Below, piece by piece: positions 44,908 to 56,162 of a stretch of DNA of 64,000 nucleotides. A program made the position numbers and the translations under genes. The DNA is taken from positions 181,509 to 245,508 of the forward strand of contig CAYTKN010000001.1 in the NCBI GenBank assembly GCA_964438505.1, written 5' to 3'. Under the pieces are notes generated by a model that did no database searches, was not told the DNA's origin, and was given only the letters and a program-made list of their open reading frames with translations. Each line of letters opens with the position of its first letter. Position 1 is the stretch's first letter. Source of the DNA: an uncultured Burkholderiales bacterium. GTDB lineage: Bacteria > Actinomycetota > Acidimicrobiia > IMCC26256 > JACPCJ01.

Positions 44908-46248
44908 ATGACCACCACCTACGACCCGACGCACCCCCAGTACTTCGACGAGGCGGACCTGCGCGAGGAGCTCACCCGCGTCTACGACCTCTGCCACGGG
45001 TGCCGGCTGTGCTTCAACCTGTGCCCCGCCTTCCCCACCCTCTTCGACTACGTCGACTCCTACGACGGCGACGTGGAGCAGATGACCGAGGCGGAGCAGG
45101 ACCACGTCGTCGACGAGTGCTACCAGTGCAAGCTCTGCTACGTGAAGTGCCCCTACGTCCCGCCCCACGAGTGGATGCTCGACTTCCCCCGGCTCATGCT
45201 CCGCGCGGACGCCGTGCACAAGGAGCGCCACGCGGGCCTCAAGGAGAAGGTCTCCGACCAGGTCCTCAACCGCACCGACCTGGTGGGCAAGCTCAACTCC
45301 GCGGTGGCGCCCCTCGCCAACAAGGCGATCGGCACGCCGGGCTCGTTCCCCCGCACGATGATGTCGAAGACGCTCGGCGTGGCGTCCCGGCGGCTCCTCC
45401 CGCCGTACGTCCGCGAGCGCTTCACCACCTGGTTCCGGAAGCGCCGGGCTCCGCGCATCGACGAGCCCCAGGGGCACGCCGCCGTGTTCCCCACCTGCCT
45501 CGTCGAGTACCAGAGCGCCGACGTCGGGCGCGACCTCGTGCGCGTCTACGAGCGCAACCGCGTCGAGTGCTCGCTCGCGGAGGGCGCCGGCTGCTGCGGG
45601 GCGCCGTGGCTGCACTCCGGCGACGTCGACCACTTCCGCGCGCAGGCCGAGAAGAACGTCGCCGCGCTCGCCGAGACCGTCCGGGAGGGCAAGGACGTCG
45701 TGGTTCCCCAACCCACCTGCGGCTACGTGCTCAAGCGCGACTACCCGATCTACGTGCAGGGCGAGGACGCCGACCTCGTCGCCGAGCACACCTACGACGC
45801 CGCCGAGTACCTCATGGCGCTCCACACCGACGACGACAAGGAGCTCGACACCGAGTTCCCCGGCGAGGTGCACGAGACCATCACCTACCACGTCCCCTGC
45901 CACCTCCAGGCCCAGAACATCGGTCTCAAGAGCCGGGACCTGATGAAGCTGACCGGCGCCAAGGTGAAGCCGGTGAACCAGTGCTCGGGCGTCGACGGCA
46001 TGTGGGGCTACCGCGAGGAGCACTACGAGCTCTCCAAGAAGGTGGGCGCCAAGCTCGGTCGGGCGATCGAGAAGGCCGAGGGCGACGTCGTCGCCGGTGA
46101 TTGCCACCTGGCCAACGGCGGTATCGAGGAGGAGACGGGCACGCGTCCGCAGCACCCCCTCCAGGTGCTGGCACGCGCCTACGGCATCGCCGACGACAGC
46201 GCCGACGACAGCGCCGACGAGGAAGAGCAGGAAGAGGAGGCCTCATGA
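44908..46248 (+). CDS. (Fe-S)-binding oxidoreductase, HdrD/GlpC-like with CCG domains
   Basis: ATG 44908 inside ORF 44827..46248. Two ferredoxin motifs, [12 protein letters not shown] and [15 protein letters not shown] motif (GAGCCGAPW). Acidic tail. Confidence 0.8.
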   Translation: MTTTYDPTHPQYFDEADLREELTRVYDLCHGCRLCFNLCPAFPTLFDYVDSYDGDVEQMTEAEQDHVVDECYQCKLCYVKCPYVPPHEWMLDFPRLMLRADAVHKERHAGLKEKVSDQVLNRTDLVGKLNSAVAPLANKAIGTPGSFPRTMMSKTLGVASRRLLPPYVRERFTTWFRKRRAPRIDEPQGHAAVFPTCLVEYQSADVGRDLVRVYERNRVECSLAEGAGCCGAPWLHSGDVDHFRAQAEKNVAALAETVREGKDVVVPQPTCGYVLKRDYPIYVQGEDADLVAEHTYDAAEYLMALHTDDDKELDTEFPGEVHETITYHVPCHLQAQNIGLKSRDLMKLTGAKVKPVNQCSGVDGMWGYREEHYELSKKVGAKLGRAIEKAEGDVVAGDCHLANGGIEEETGTRPQHPLQVLARAYGIADDSADDSADEEEQEEEAS

Positions 46249-46847
46249 GCAAGCTCACGCTCTCCGACATCGCCGACCTCAGGGAGTACGAGCGCGAGCG
46301 CGTCGAGTTCCGCGAGCGCGTGATGGCGGTGAAGCGCAAGCGCCGCATCACGGTCGGGCCGTTCATCACCTTCGTGTTCGAGAACCGCGACACCATCCGG
46401 TTCCAGATCCAGGAGATGGCCCGCGTCGAGCGCATGCTCTCCGACGAGCAGATCCAGGACGAGCTCGACACCTACAACCCGCTCATCCCCGAGCCGGGCC
46501 ACCTCTCGGCGACCATGTTCGTGGAGCTCACCACCGAGGCGGAGCTGCGCGAGTGGCTGCCCAAGCTCGTCGGCATCGAGCGCGCGGCCGTGCTCCGCAT
46601 CGGCGAGGGCGACGACGCGACGGTCGTCGAGTGCGTCCCCGACGAGTCCCACGAGGAGCAGCTCACCCGCGAGGAGGTCACCGCGTCGGTGCACTACGTC
46701 CGCTTCGACCTCACCGACGAGCAGATCGACGCCTTCGAGCGGGGACCGGTCACCCTCGCACTCGCCCACGAGCAGTACTCCTACGAGGCCCAGCTCGGAC
46801 CCGAGACGGTGGAGGAGCTCACGAACGACCTCCGCAAGGGGGGCTGA
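46245..46847 (+). CDS. DUF3501-like protein (conserved partner of the rubrerythrin/HdrD-like genes)
   Basis: ATG 46245 overlaps the upstream stop. [58 protein letters not shown].... The family assignment is from memory. Confidence 0.6.
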   Translation: MSKLTLSDIADLREYERERVEFRERVMAVKRKRRITVGPFITFVFENRDTIRFQIQEMARVERMLSDEQIQDELDTYNPLIPEPGHLSATMFVELTTEAELREWLPKLVGIERAAVLRIGEGDDATVVECVPDESHEEQLTREEVTASVHYVRFDLTDEQIDAFERGPVTLALAHEQYSYEAQLGPETVEELTNDLRKGG

Positions 46848-46902
46848 GCTCGATCGGGGCGTCCGCACCGGGTTCGGCGGGTCCGGCAGTACGCTGGAAC
46901 GC

Positions 46903-47966
<1,064 letters not shown>

Positions 47967-47970
<4 letters not shown>

Positions 47971-48914
47971 GCGAACGCCTGCGCGGTGGACGCGGTGGAG
48001 CGGCGTTCCTGGCTCCGGGGACGTACCGCTGGGGCGAGCTCCGGGCGCACGCCGAGGCGGTCCTCGGCGAGACCGGCGTCGACAACCCGCTCACCGAGGC
48101 CCGCTGGATGGTCGAGCGAGCCGCCGGCGAAGAGCCACCCCGCGACGACGACCTCGCCCCGGCCCGAGCCGTCGGCCACGTGGTCGACATGCTCGAGCAG
48201 CGCGTCGCCGGGAACCCGCTCCAGCACGTCCTCGGGCGGTGGGCGTTCCGCCGCCTCGAGCTGGTCGTCGACCACCGGGCGCTCATCCCCCGCGTCGAGA
48301 CCGAGATCGTCGCGGACGCCGCGCTCGAGGAGGCGGTCCGCCACGGCGCAGCGCGGGGGCCCACCACCGACCAGGTGCACGAGACCGACGTGGTGGTCGC
48401 GGACCTGGGGACGGGCAGCGGGGTCCTCGCGCTGGCGCTGGTCGACGAGCTGCCCACCGTCGAGGTGTGGGCCACCGACATCAGCGGCGACGCCCTCGCC
48501 GTCGCCCGCGCCAACCTCGCCTCGGTCGGCCTGGCCGCCGCGCGGGTGCGACTCGCCCACGGCTCCTGGTTCGAGGCGCTCCCCGGCGAGCTGCGCGGTG
48601 GCGTCCACGTGATCGTCTCCAACCCGCCCTACGTGTCGGAGTCCGAGCACGCGCAGCTCCCCCCCGAGGTCAAGGACCACGAGCCCGCCGAGGCGCTCGT
48701 CAGCGGGCCGACCGGTCTCGAGGCGATCCGCGAGATCGCCGAAGGAGCACCCGAGTGGCTCGCGCCGGGCGGCTCGCTCGTCCTGGAGCTGGCACCCCAC
48801 CGGGCCGACGACGCCCGCGCGGCGGTCGCCGAGGCCGGCTTCGAGGACGTCGAGGTGCGGCCCGACCTCGTGGGCCGCGAGCGGGTGCTCGTGGCGCGCC
48901 TGGGACGCCGGTGA
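47967..48914 (+). CDS. prmC: release-factor glutamine N5-methyltransferase
   Basis: 4-nt overlap with prfA. SAM motif VADLGTGSG and catalytic NPPY. Confidence 0.88.
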
Positions 48915-48947
48915 CCGGTAGGGACTCGAGCAAGGAGGTGTGCTGAC

Positions 48948-49175
48948 ATGGCCGAGGAGGAGTTCGACGTCGACGCGCTGATCCGGCGGTTCCGGGAGCG
49001 CGCGGAGCGCGTGCGGGAGCGGCCGATCCCCCCGGTGGCGGGGTCCGAGCGCCAGCGGTACGTGGAGCAGGCCGAGTTCGACTACATGGACTTCGCCGTC
49101 ATCGGCGACGCCGAGGGCTCCCTCGACGACGGGGTCCTGACCCTGCGCGTCGACCTCAGGCCTCCCGACGACTGA
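48948..49175 (+). CDS. small acidic hypothetical protein
   Basis: 75-aa ORF with an upstream GGAGG RBS. No recognisable motif. Confidence 0.45.
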   Translation: MAEEEFDVDALIRRFRERAERVRERPIPPVAGSERQRYVEQAEFDYMDFAVIGDAEGSLDDGVLTLRVDLRPPDD

Positions 49176-49183
49176 TACCGACG

Positions 49184-49230
49184 AATTTGGCTTCTTTGCT
49201 GTCGTGACACGACAGCAAAGAAGCCAAATT
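49184..49230. terminator. bidirectional terminator hairpin (21-bp perfect AT-rich stem, 5-nt loop)
   Basis: AATTTGGCTTCTTTGCTGTCG TGACA CGACAGCAAAGAAGCCAAATT, lying between convergent genes. Confidence 0.7.
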
Positions 49231-49232
49231 TG

Positions 49233-50024
49233 TCATCCGTGGTCGGGTTCCGAGGGCTCGTCGAGGGACGCGTCCACGCAGATCGACCGGTACTCGCACC
49301 GGCCGCACACCGGCGCCTTCGCCACCCCGGCGAACTCCCGCTCGCGCCGCATCTCCTCGACGGCGGTCCGCAGCTCCTCGTCGATCGCCGCGAGCGTCTC
49401 GGGGTCCGGATCCCACGGCGGGGGATCCTCGGGTGTCTCCGGGGCGAGGAACTCGTAGCGGAGCCGCAGTCGCAGGCCCTTGTCGGCCGCCAGCGGTGCG
49501 AGCATCCACGCCTGGACGCGGGCGCGCACGTCGCCGGCGAGGTCGTCGACGCCCCCGGCGCCGGTCTTGTAGTCGCGCGCGTCGAGGAAGCCGTCGTGGA
49601 TCCACACCGCGTCGATCTTCCCCGACGCGGTGAACAGCGGCGCCGGCTCGCGGTGGAAGCGCGCCAGCGGGTACTCGCCCCCGAGGTACGTGGCTCCCCT
49701 CGGGCACCGCGCGGCGTGACGTTCCAGGAAGCCGCGGAGGCGCTCGTCGTCGCCGGTCGCGTAGGCCGCCACGGTGTCCTCGACGACCTCGTGGTCGTGG
49801 CACGAGCCCTCGCGGTGGAGGTGCTGGAGCACGGCGTGGATGCGCAGACCTTCGTCGGCCCACGGCCCGGAGTCGGCCGCGGGGAGCTGCACCAGGTTGC
49901 GCAGCAGGTACAGGCGCCGGCACCGCTGCCACCGCCACACCGTCGTCGGGCTCAGCGGCACGATCGAGCCGTGCAGCTTCGACGGCAGCGCCCCCGACGT
50001 CCCCGACGTGCCCGTCGCGCTCAT
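49233..50024 (-). CDS. PD-(D/E)XK nuclease with Cas4/AddB-type 4Fe-4S cysteines
   Basis: Track ORF trimmed to ATG 50024. N-terminal Cys (WQRCRRLY), nuclease motif KIDAVW...LDARDYKTG and C-terminal CGRCEYRSIC (C-x2-C-x5-C). Confidence 0.7.
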   Translation of the reverse strand: MSATGTSGTSGALPSKLHGSIVPLSPTTVWRWQRCRRLYLLRNLVQLPAADSGPWADEGLRIHAVLQHLHREGSCHDHEVVEDTVAAYATGDDERLRGFLERHAARCPRGATYLGGEYPLARFHREPAPLFTASGKIDAVWIHDGFLDARDYKTGAGGVDDLAGDVRARVQAWMLAPLAADKGLRLRLRYEFLAPETPEDPPPWDPDPETLAAIDEELRTAVEEMRREREFAGVAKAPVCGRCEYRSICVDASLDEPSEPDHG

Positions 50025-50728
50025 CGGAACGCCGGGCAGCCCGGCACGTAGGGACACGCGGTGCAGTGGTCGCCCGGCTCCGCGCGGGCGTCCTGGATCC
50101 TCAAGGTGATCCGGGCGATGCGCTGCTCGTAGCGCGCCACCAGTCGGCTGCGCGCCTCGCCCAGGTCGACGGTCGTCTCGGCGAGCGCGCCACCGACCAG
50201 ATCCGCGACGCGCACCCGCAACGGCTGCTCCCCGGCCCAGCGGGAGAGGCGCAGCACCGCCAGGAGCACCGTCGCGTTCTCGAGGGGCTCGGCCTCGATC
50301 CGCCGGCCCCACAGCTCGAACTGTCGCAGCTCGGGTTCGCCTCGCGGGCCCTCGCAGACCAGGTCGATCCACCCGCCGACGAGCACGCCGCGGCGCTCCA
50401 CCGGTCGGTCGTACTCGTCGTGGTCGACGGCGCGGACCGGCTCGTCGGCGAACAGCTCCAGGTAGTGGTCGATGGCCCGGCGCTGCACCGCCTGCTCCTC
50501 GGGCAGGAGCTCGGGGCGGACGAAGAACGAGTCGGGGTTCGGCGTGCCCAGCTCCGCGTGGGCGGCCCGGGCGTCCCCGACCAGCGCGTCGCGCACCCGC
50601 CCCCGCAGGAAGGCGCCCTGGTCGCCCCGCTGGTTCTGGTACGCCAACCGCAACCGGCGCCCGCAGAGGTCCGGCGCGCGGTCGAGGAGGTACGGCGTGA
50701 CCTTCGGCAGCGAGGCGCCGTCGGTCAC
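50021..50728 (-). CDS. PD-(D/E)XK/Cas4-like protein, paralogous partner (nuclease motif degenerate)
   Basis: N-terminal Cys (DLCGRR), GWIDLV...ELRQFELW in place of DYK, and C-terminal CTACPYVPGC. 4-nt overlap with the downstream gene. Confidence 0.55.
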   Translation of the reverse strand: MTDGASLPKVTPYLLDRAPDLCGRRLRLAYQNQRGDQGAFLRGRVRDALVGDARAAHAELGTPNPDSFFVRPELLPEEQAVQRRAIDHYLELFADEPVRAVDHDEYDRPVERRGVLVGGWIDLVCEGPRGEPELRQFELWGRRIEAEPLENATVLLAVLRLSRWAGEQPLRVRVADLVGGALAETTVDLGEARSRLVARYEQRIARITLRIQDARAEPGDHCTACPYVPGCPAFR

Positions 50729-51105
50729 GCGCGCTCGAGCACCGCGCGGGCCTGCGCGCCGGCGGCGGTGGCCCCGACGGCGGCGAGCAGCGCGATCGCC
50801 CGGACGAAGCGCGGCAGGCGCCGGTAGGCGAGCAGCGTCGCCGTGGCGTCGACCGCGTCGACGAGGACGTTGAGCTCGACGACCCGCGGGGGCAGGACGT
50901 CGCGCGCGAGCGCGTCGAGCGTGAGCGCCCCCACCGCGACCTCCCGGCCGCCCATGCTGCGGGCGAGGACCTTGGCGTTGCGGGTCGCCTCGAGTCCGAG
51001 GAACCAGCGCAGCAGGAGGCCCGGGAGCAGCAGGATCGCGACGCCCAAGGCGATCCTGGCGACGCTGAGGGAATGGATCATGGTGCGTGCATCGGAGATG
51101 GTCAT
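50725..51105 (-). CDS. small membrane protein, function unknown
   Basis: The last 126 codons of track ORF 50725..51609, with ATG at 51105. 3-4 hydrophobic helices. Confidence 0.45.
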   Translation of the reverse strand: MTISDARTMIHSLSVARIALGVAILLLPGLLLRWFLGLEATRNAKVLARSMGGREVAVGALTLDALARDVLPPRVVELNVLVDAVDATATLLAYRRLPRFVRAIALLAAVGATAAGAQARAVLERA

Positions 51106-51189
51106 GCCCCGATTGTGTCGCGAAACGGCGTCGGGGGCCGACGGGAGCGTGTGGTTACACTCGCTGCGGCCGCGGACGTTCGAGGACTC

Positions 51190-51648
51190 GTGAACATCGC
51201 CATCGGTTCGGACCACGCCGGATACGCGCTCAAGGAGCACCTGACCCTCGTGCTGCGCGGCGGGGGACACCGGATCCGGGACCTCGGCACCGACGACGGC
51301 GACGAGCCCGTCGACTACCCGCACATCTGCGCCGCCGTCGGCCGAGCCGTCGCCGCCGGCGAGGCGGAGCGCGGCATCGTGCTCGGCGGCAGCGGGCAGG
51401 GGGAGCAGATCGCCGCCAACAAGGTGCGAGGGGTCCGCGCCTCCCTGTGCAACGATCTGTACACGGCGCGCATGGCGCGCCGGCACAACGACGCCAACGT
51501 CCTCTCCATCGGGGCGCGCGTCGTCGCCGCCGGGCTGGCCGAGGAGATCGTCGCCCTGTGGCTGGAGACCCCCTTCGACGGTGGCCGCCACCAGCGGAGG
51601 GTCGAGCACATCACCGAGATCGAGGACGAGGAGCTGAAGCGCACATGA
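51190..51648 (+). CDS. rpiB: ribose-5-phosphate isomerase B
   Basis: GTG 51190. [45 protein letters not shown]. Confidence 0.9.
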   Translation: MNIAIGSDHAGYALKEHLTLVLRGGGHRIRDLGTDDGDEPVDYPHICAAVGRAVAAGEAERGIVLGGSGQGEQIAANKVRGVRASLCNDLYTARMARRHNDANVLSIGARVVAAGLAEEIVALWLETPFDGGRHQRRVEHITEIEDEELKRT

Positions 51649-52901
51649 CCGATCCCCTCGAGACGCTGCGGGCCGTCGACCCCGAGGTCGCCGGCATCGT
51701 GGACCGCGAGACCGAGCGCCAGAACACCACGATCCAGCTCATCGCCTCCGAGAACTTCACCTCCCCCGCGGTGCTCGCCGCGACGGGCACGGTGCTCACC
51801 AACAAGTACTCGGAGGGGTACCCGCGCAAGCGCTACTACGGCGGCAACGCCGTGGTCGACGAGGTCGAGGAGCTGGCGCGGGAGCGCTGCCTCGCCCTCT
51901 TCGGCGGGGACCACGCCAACGTGCAGCCCCACGCGGGGGCCAACGCCAACATGGCCGCCTACCAGGCGATCCTCGAGCCCGGCGACAAGGTCATGGGGAT
52001 GAAGCTCGACCAGGGGGGCCACCTCACCCACGGCGCCCCGGTGAACGCGAGCGGCAAGCTGTACGACTTCGTCGCGTACGGCGTCGACGACGACAGCGAG
52101 GTGCTCGACCACGACGCGGTCCGCGACGCCGCGAAGCGCGAGCGGCCGAAGGCCATCGTGTGCGGCTACACGGCGTACCCGCGGGTGATCGACTTCGAGG
52201 CGTTCCGCTCGATCGCCGACGAGGTCGGCGCGGTCCTCGTGGCCGACATCGCGCACATCGCCGGGTTGGTCGCCGGCGGCGCGCACCCCTCGCCCGTCGG
52301 CCTCGCCGACGTCATCACCTTCACCACCCACAAGACGCTCCGCGGGCCCCGCGGGGCGGCGATCATCACGAGCGAGGAGCTCGCCACGCCGATCGACAAG
52401 GCCGTCTTCCCCGGCCTCCAGGGCGGTCCGCTCATGCACGTGATCGCCGCCAAGGCGGTGGCGTTCGAGCTGGCCCGCAGCGAGGAGTTCGCCGGCTACG
52501 CGCGCCAGGTCGTCGCCAACGCGGTCGCCCTCGCCGACGCGCTCGCGGGGGAGGGCTTCCGGGTGGTCTCGGGTGGAACGGACAACCACCTGATGCTGGT
52601 CGACCTGCGCCCCTTCGGGATCACCGGCAAGGTGGCGCAGGACGCGCTCGACGCGGCGGGGATCACGCTCAACAAGAACACCATCCCCAACGATCCCGAG
52701 TCCCCGTTCGTCACCAGCGGGCTCCGCATCGGCACGGCGGCGGTGACCTCGGCGGGGATGCGCGAGCAGGAGATGGCCGAGATCGGCTCGCTGATCGGCC
52801 GCGTCGTCCGGCACCCCGACGACGAGGCGGTGCGCGCCGAGGTGCGGGAGGCCGCCGCCACCCTCTGCTCGAAGTTCACGCCCTACCCCGACCTGGTCTG
52901 A
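51645..52901 (+). CDS. glyA: serine hydroxymethyltransferase
   Basis: ATG overlaps the rpiB stop. [22 protein letters not shown] and the PLP site [11 protein letters not shown]. Confidence 0.94.
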   Translation: MTDPLETLRAVDPEVAGIVDRETERQNTTIQLIASENFTSPAVLAATGTVLTNKYSEGYPRKRYYGGNAVVDEVEELARERCLALFGGDHANVQPHAGANANMAAYQAILEPGDKVMGMKLDQGGHLTHGAPVNASGKLYDFVAYGVDDDSEVLDHDAVRDAAKRERPKAIVCGYTAYPRVIDFEAFRSIADEVGAVLVADIAHIAGLVAGGAHPSPVGLADVITFTTHKTLRGPRGAAIITSEELATPIDKAVFPGLQGGPLMHVIAAKAVAFELARSEEFAGYARQVVANAVALADALAGEGFRVVSGGTDNHLMLVDLRPFGITGKVAQDALDAAGITLNKNTIPNDPESPFVTSGLRIGTAAVTSAGMREQEMAEIGSLIGRVVRHPDDEAVRAEVREAAATLCSKFTPYPDLV

Positions 52902-53006
52902 CCGACGTCGCCCGGTGCTCGCCCGGCGCCGGGGCCGGAGAGTGGGGTTCGCCGGGATGGGGGCCACGATGGGGGCCGCGATGGGGCAGGAGAGACCGAC
53001 CACGGC

Positions 53007-54218
53007 ATGAAGGGCTACGCGATCGTCGCTGCCGTCGCGGCCGGCACCACCTGGCTCGCCACCCCCGTGGTGCGCCGCCTGGCCATCCGCCTCGGCGCTG
53101 TCACGAAGCCCGACCCACGTCACGTCCACGACCGGCCGACCCCCACCCTCGGGGGCGCCGCGATGTTCCTCGGCTTCCTCGCCGCCATGGCCGCCGCCTG
53201 GCGGATGCCGCAGTTCGACGAGATGTTCGAGGGGTCGAGCGAACCCCTCGGCGTCGTACTCGCGGGTGCCGTGATCTTCGTCGTGGGCGCCCTCGACGAC
53301 CTCCGGGACGTCTCGCCGCCCGCGAAGGTGTCGGGCCAGGTGCTCGCCGCCAGCCTCCTCTACCTCATGGGCGTCACGATGTTCTTCTTCCGGGTGCCCT
53401 TCGCCGACTTCGTCGTCCTCTCGCCGGACTGGGCGCCGCTGGTCACCGTGGCCTGGGTGGCGATCATGGTGAACGCCGTCAACCTCATCGACGGCCTCGA
53501 CGGCCTCGCCGCCGGCATCGTCGCGATCGCCGGGGTCTCCTTCTTCGTCTACGCCGACCGGCTCTTCGACGCCGGCCTGCTCACCGGGTCGAACATCGGG
53601 CCGCTCGTGGCGATCATCGCGGCGGCGGTCGCCGTGGGCTTCCTCCCCTACAACTTCCACCCGGCGAAGATCTTCATGGGCGACGCGGGGGCGATGCTCC
53701 TCGGCCTCCTCATGGCCGCCACGACGATCGTCATCGGCGGCCGCACCGCCGACCAGTTCTCCGGCCAGACCTACTTCTTCTTCGCGCCGCTGTTCATCCC
53801 GTTCCTGATCCTCGGGGTGCCGATTCTCGACACGGCGCTGGCGCTGCTGCGTCGCGCGGTGCGCGGCCAGTCGTTCGCCGTGGCCGACAAGGACCACCTC
53901 CACCACCGCCTCATGCGCCTCGGCCACGGGCACGCTCGCTCGGTGGTGATCCTGTGGGGCTGGACGATGGTGCTCTCCGGCGTCGTCCTCGCCCCGACCT
54001 TCGCCGGCGAGGGCAACGCCCTCGTCCTCCCGGTCATCGCGGCCCTCGGCCTCGGCCTCTACGTGGTCTTCCATCCCGGTGTGCGCCAGGTCCGCAACGG
54101 CGACGCCGGGGCGTCACCGGAGCGTGCCGAGGACCCGGAGCGCCCGGAGCCCCCGGAAGACGCGGAGCCCCCCGAGCCCCCGGAGATCGCGGAGCCGCTG
54201 CGCGACCCCAGAAATTGA
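53007..54218 (+). CDS. wecA: UDP-GlcNAc:polyprenyl-phosphate GlcNAc-1-phosphate transferase (WecA/Rfe, GT4 MraY-like)
   Basis: Polytopic membrane protein. NAVNLIDGLDGLA and FMGDAGA motifs. P/E-rich tail. Confidence 0.88.
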   Translation: MKGYAIVAAVAAGTTWLATPVVRRLAIRLGAVTKPDPRHVHDRPTPTLGGAAMFLGFLAAMAAAWRMPQFDEMFEGSSEPLGVVLAGAVIFVVGALDDLRDVSPPAKVSGQVLAASLLYLMGVTMFFFRVPFADFVVLSPDWAPLVTVAWVAIMVNAVNLIDGLDGLAAGIVAIAGVSFFVYADRLFDAGLLTGSNIGPLVAIIAAAVAVGFLPYNFHPAKIFMGDAGAMLLGLLMAATTIVIGGRTADQFSGQTYFFFAPLFIPFLILGVPILDTALALLRRAVRGQSFAVADKDHLHHRLMRLGHGHARSVVILWGWTMVLSGVVLAPTFAGEGNALVLPVIAALGLGLYVVFHPGVRQVRNGDAGASPERAEDPERPEPPEDAEPPEPPEIAEPLRDPRN

Positions 54219-54274
54219 CGCTGCCGAAACGTGCTGCATACCTTGTGCGCCGATTCACGAGCGGGCGGAGGCGC

Positions 54275-54532
54275 ATGGATCGTTCAGACCGGCGGGCCAG
54301 CTGGCAGGGCTTCAGCGACGGGTTCTCACAGGCCGTGGAGATGGCCGTGACCCCCGTGCTGTTCGCGCTGCTCGGGCACTGGCTCGATGGCCACCTCGGA
54401 ACAGGACCGCTGCTGACCGTCTCGCTGGCGGTCTTCGCGATGGTGGGCTCCTTCCTGCGCGCCTACTACCACTACCTCGCCCGGTGCGAGGCCCTCGAGC
54501 GCGACAAGGCCTGGTCGAGGAGCTCGGCATGA
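54275..54532 (+). CDS. AtpZ/AtpI-type small membrane protein preceding the atp operon
   Basis: ATG 54275. 85 aa, two TM helices (AVEMAVTPVLFALLGHWLD, LLTVSLAVFAMVGSF). Confidence 0.6.
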   Translation: MDRSDRRASWQGFSDGFSQAVEMAVTPVLFALLGHWLDGHLGTGPLLTVSLAVFAMVGSFLRAYYHYLARCEALERDKAWSRSSA

Positions 54533-55026
54533 CCGACGTCGCCTCCACGGGGACCGCGGCTCCCGCGCCCGGCGCATCGCTCCCGGCCCCCGGCGCGGAG
54601 ACCGAGCAGTCGATCGCGGCCGACCTCGCCCGCCGCGGGCTGTTCGTCGCCCCCGCCGTGGTGGTCGTCGCCGGGCTCGTCGCCGGCACCGCCGGAGCGG
54701 CGAGCGCGGCCTTCGCCCTCGCGCTCGTCGTCGCCAACTTCCTCGCCGCCGCGCGCAGCCTGACCTGGGCGGCCCGCATCTCTCCGGGCGCCTACCTCGG
54801 GACCGCGCTCGGCGGCTACTTCGTGCGGCTCGGTGTCATCACCGCCGCCGTGATCGTCGTGCGCGGCCTCGCCTGGGTCGACCTGCCGACCCTGGGGGTC
54901 ACGCTGGTGGTCACCCACCTGGGCCTGCTCGTGTGGGAGCTGCGCCACGTCAGCCTCACGCTCGCCGCGCCCGGCCTCAAGTCCGACCGTCCCGCCCCGG
55001 TCCGTGGAGGAGTGGCATCCCGATGA
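54529..55026 (+). CDS. atpI: ATP synthase protein I-like membrane protein
   Basis: ATG overlaps the upstream stop. Four hydrophobic segments. Immediately precedes atpB with a 4-nt overlap. Confidence 0.55.
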   Translation: MTDVASTGTAAPAPGASLPAPGAETEQSIAADLARRGLFVAPAVVVVAGLVAGTAGAASAAFALALVVANFLAAARSLTWAARISPGAYLGTALGGYFVRLGVITAAVIVVRGLAWVDLPTLGVTLVVTHLGLLVWELRHVSLTLAAPGLKSDRPAPVRGGVASR

Positions 55027-55793
55027 GCTCCCTGCTCGCCTTCGAGTTCCCGCCGGTCTCCCACCTCTTCGAGTGGCCGGAGCTGTTCTTCGAGGACTCG
55101 CTGTTCGCCGTGAACAAGACCGTCCTGCTGATGTGGGTTACGGTGCTGCTCGTCGGCGTGATCTTCATCGCCGTGGGCCGCAACTTCCACCGGGTCCCGG
55201 GGAAGTTCCAGGCGCTGATCGAGGCCACCGTGCAGTTCGTCGACGAGGGGATCGTCGGCGAGGTGATCGGCCCGAAGGGCAAGCGGTGGACGCCCTTCCT
55301 GCTCACCCTCTTCCTGTTCGTCCTCTTCCTCAACATCTTCGAGGTCGTCCCCATCGTCAACTTCCCCTCGACCGGGCGCTTCGCGGTGCCCTTCTACCTG
55401 GCGATCCAGAGCTGGGTGATCTTCATCGTCGTCGGCATCGTCCACCAGGGCTTCTCCTACTTCGGCCACGCCCTGTTCCCGCCCGGCGTCCCCAAGCCCC
55501 TCTACGTGCTGATCACGCCCATCGAGCTGGTCTCCACCTTCATCGTCCGGCCCTTCTCGCTGGCGGTCCGGCTCTTCGCCAACATGTTCGCCGGCCACCT
55601 GCTCCTCACCGTCTTCTTCCTGCTCACCGCTGCCGTGTGGGCGGCCAGCCCGAGCGTCGTGATCCTGCCGGTGACCTTCGCCGGGGCGGTGGCCCTCACC
55701 GCCTTCGAGATCCTCGTCAGCTTGCTCCAGGCGTACATCTTCACGATCCTGACCGCCGTCTACATCGGCGACTCCATGGAGGCGGCCCACTAG
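55023..55793 (+). CDS. atpB: F0F1 ATP synthase subunit a
   Basis: Conserved FSLAVRLFANMFAGH with the essential Arg, plus the QAYIFTILT helix. Confidence 0.93.
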   Translation: MSSLLAFEFPPVSHLFEWPELFFEDSLFAVNKTVLLMWVTVLLVGVIFIAVGRNFHRVPGKFQALIEATVQFVDEGIVGEVIGPKGKRWTPFLLTLFLFVLFLNIFEVVPIVNFPSTGRFAVPFYLAIQSWVIFIVVGIVHQGFSYFGHALFPPGVPKPLYVLITPIELVSTFIVRPFSLAVRLFANMFAGHLLLTVFFLLTAAVWAASPSVVILPVTFAGAVALTAFEILVSLLQAYIFTILTAVYIGDSMEAAH

Positions 55794-56144
<351 letters not shown>

Positions 56145-56162
56145 ACGCTCCGAGGAGGACCC

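Noticed and set aside
51315-54074. 919-aa minus-strand ORF; likewise 56668..60663 (1331 aa) and 59927..61375
   Set aside because: These are antisense to glyA/wecA and to atpF-atpD, whose products carry unmistakable conserved motifs. No motifs appear in the antisense translations.
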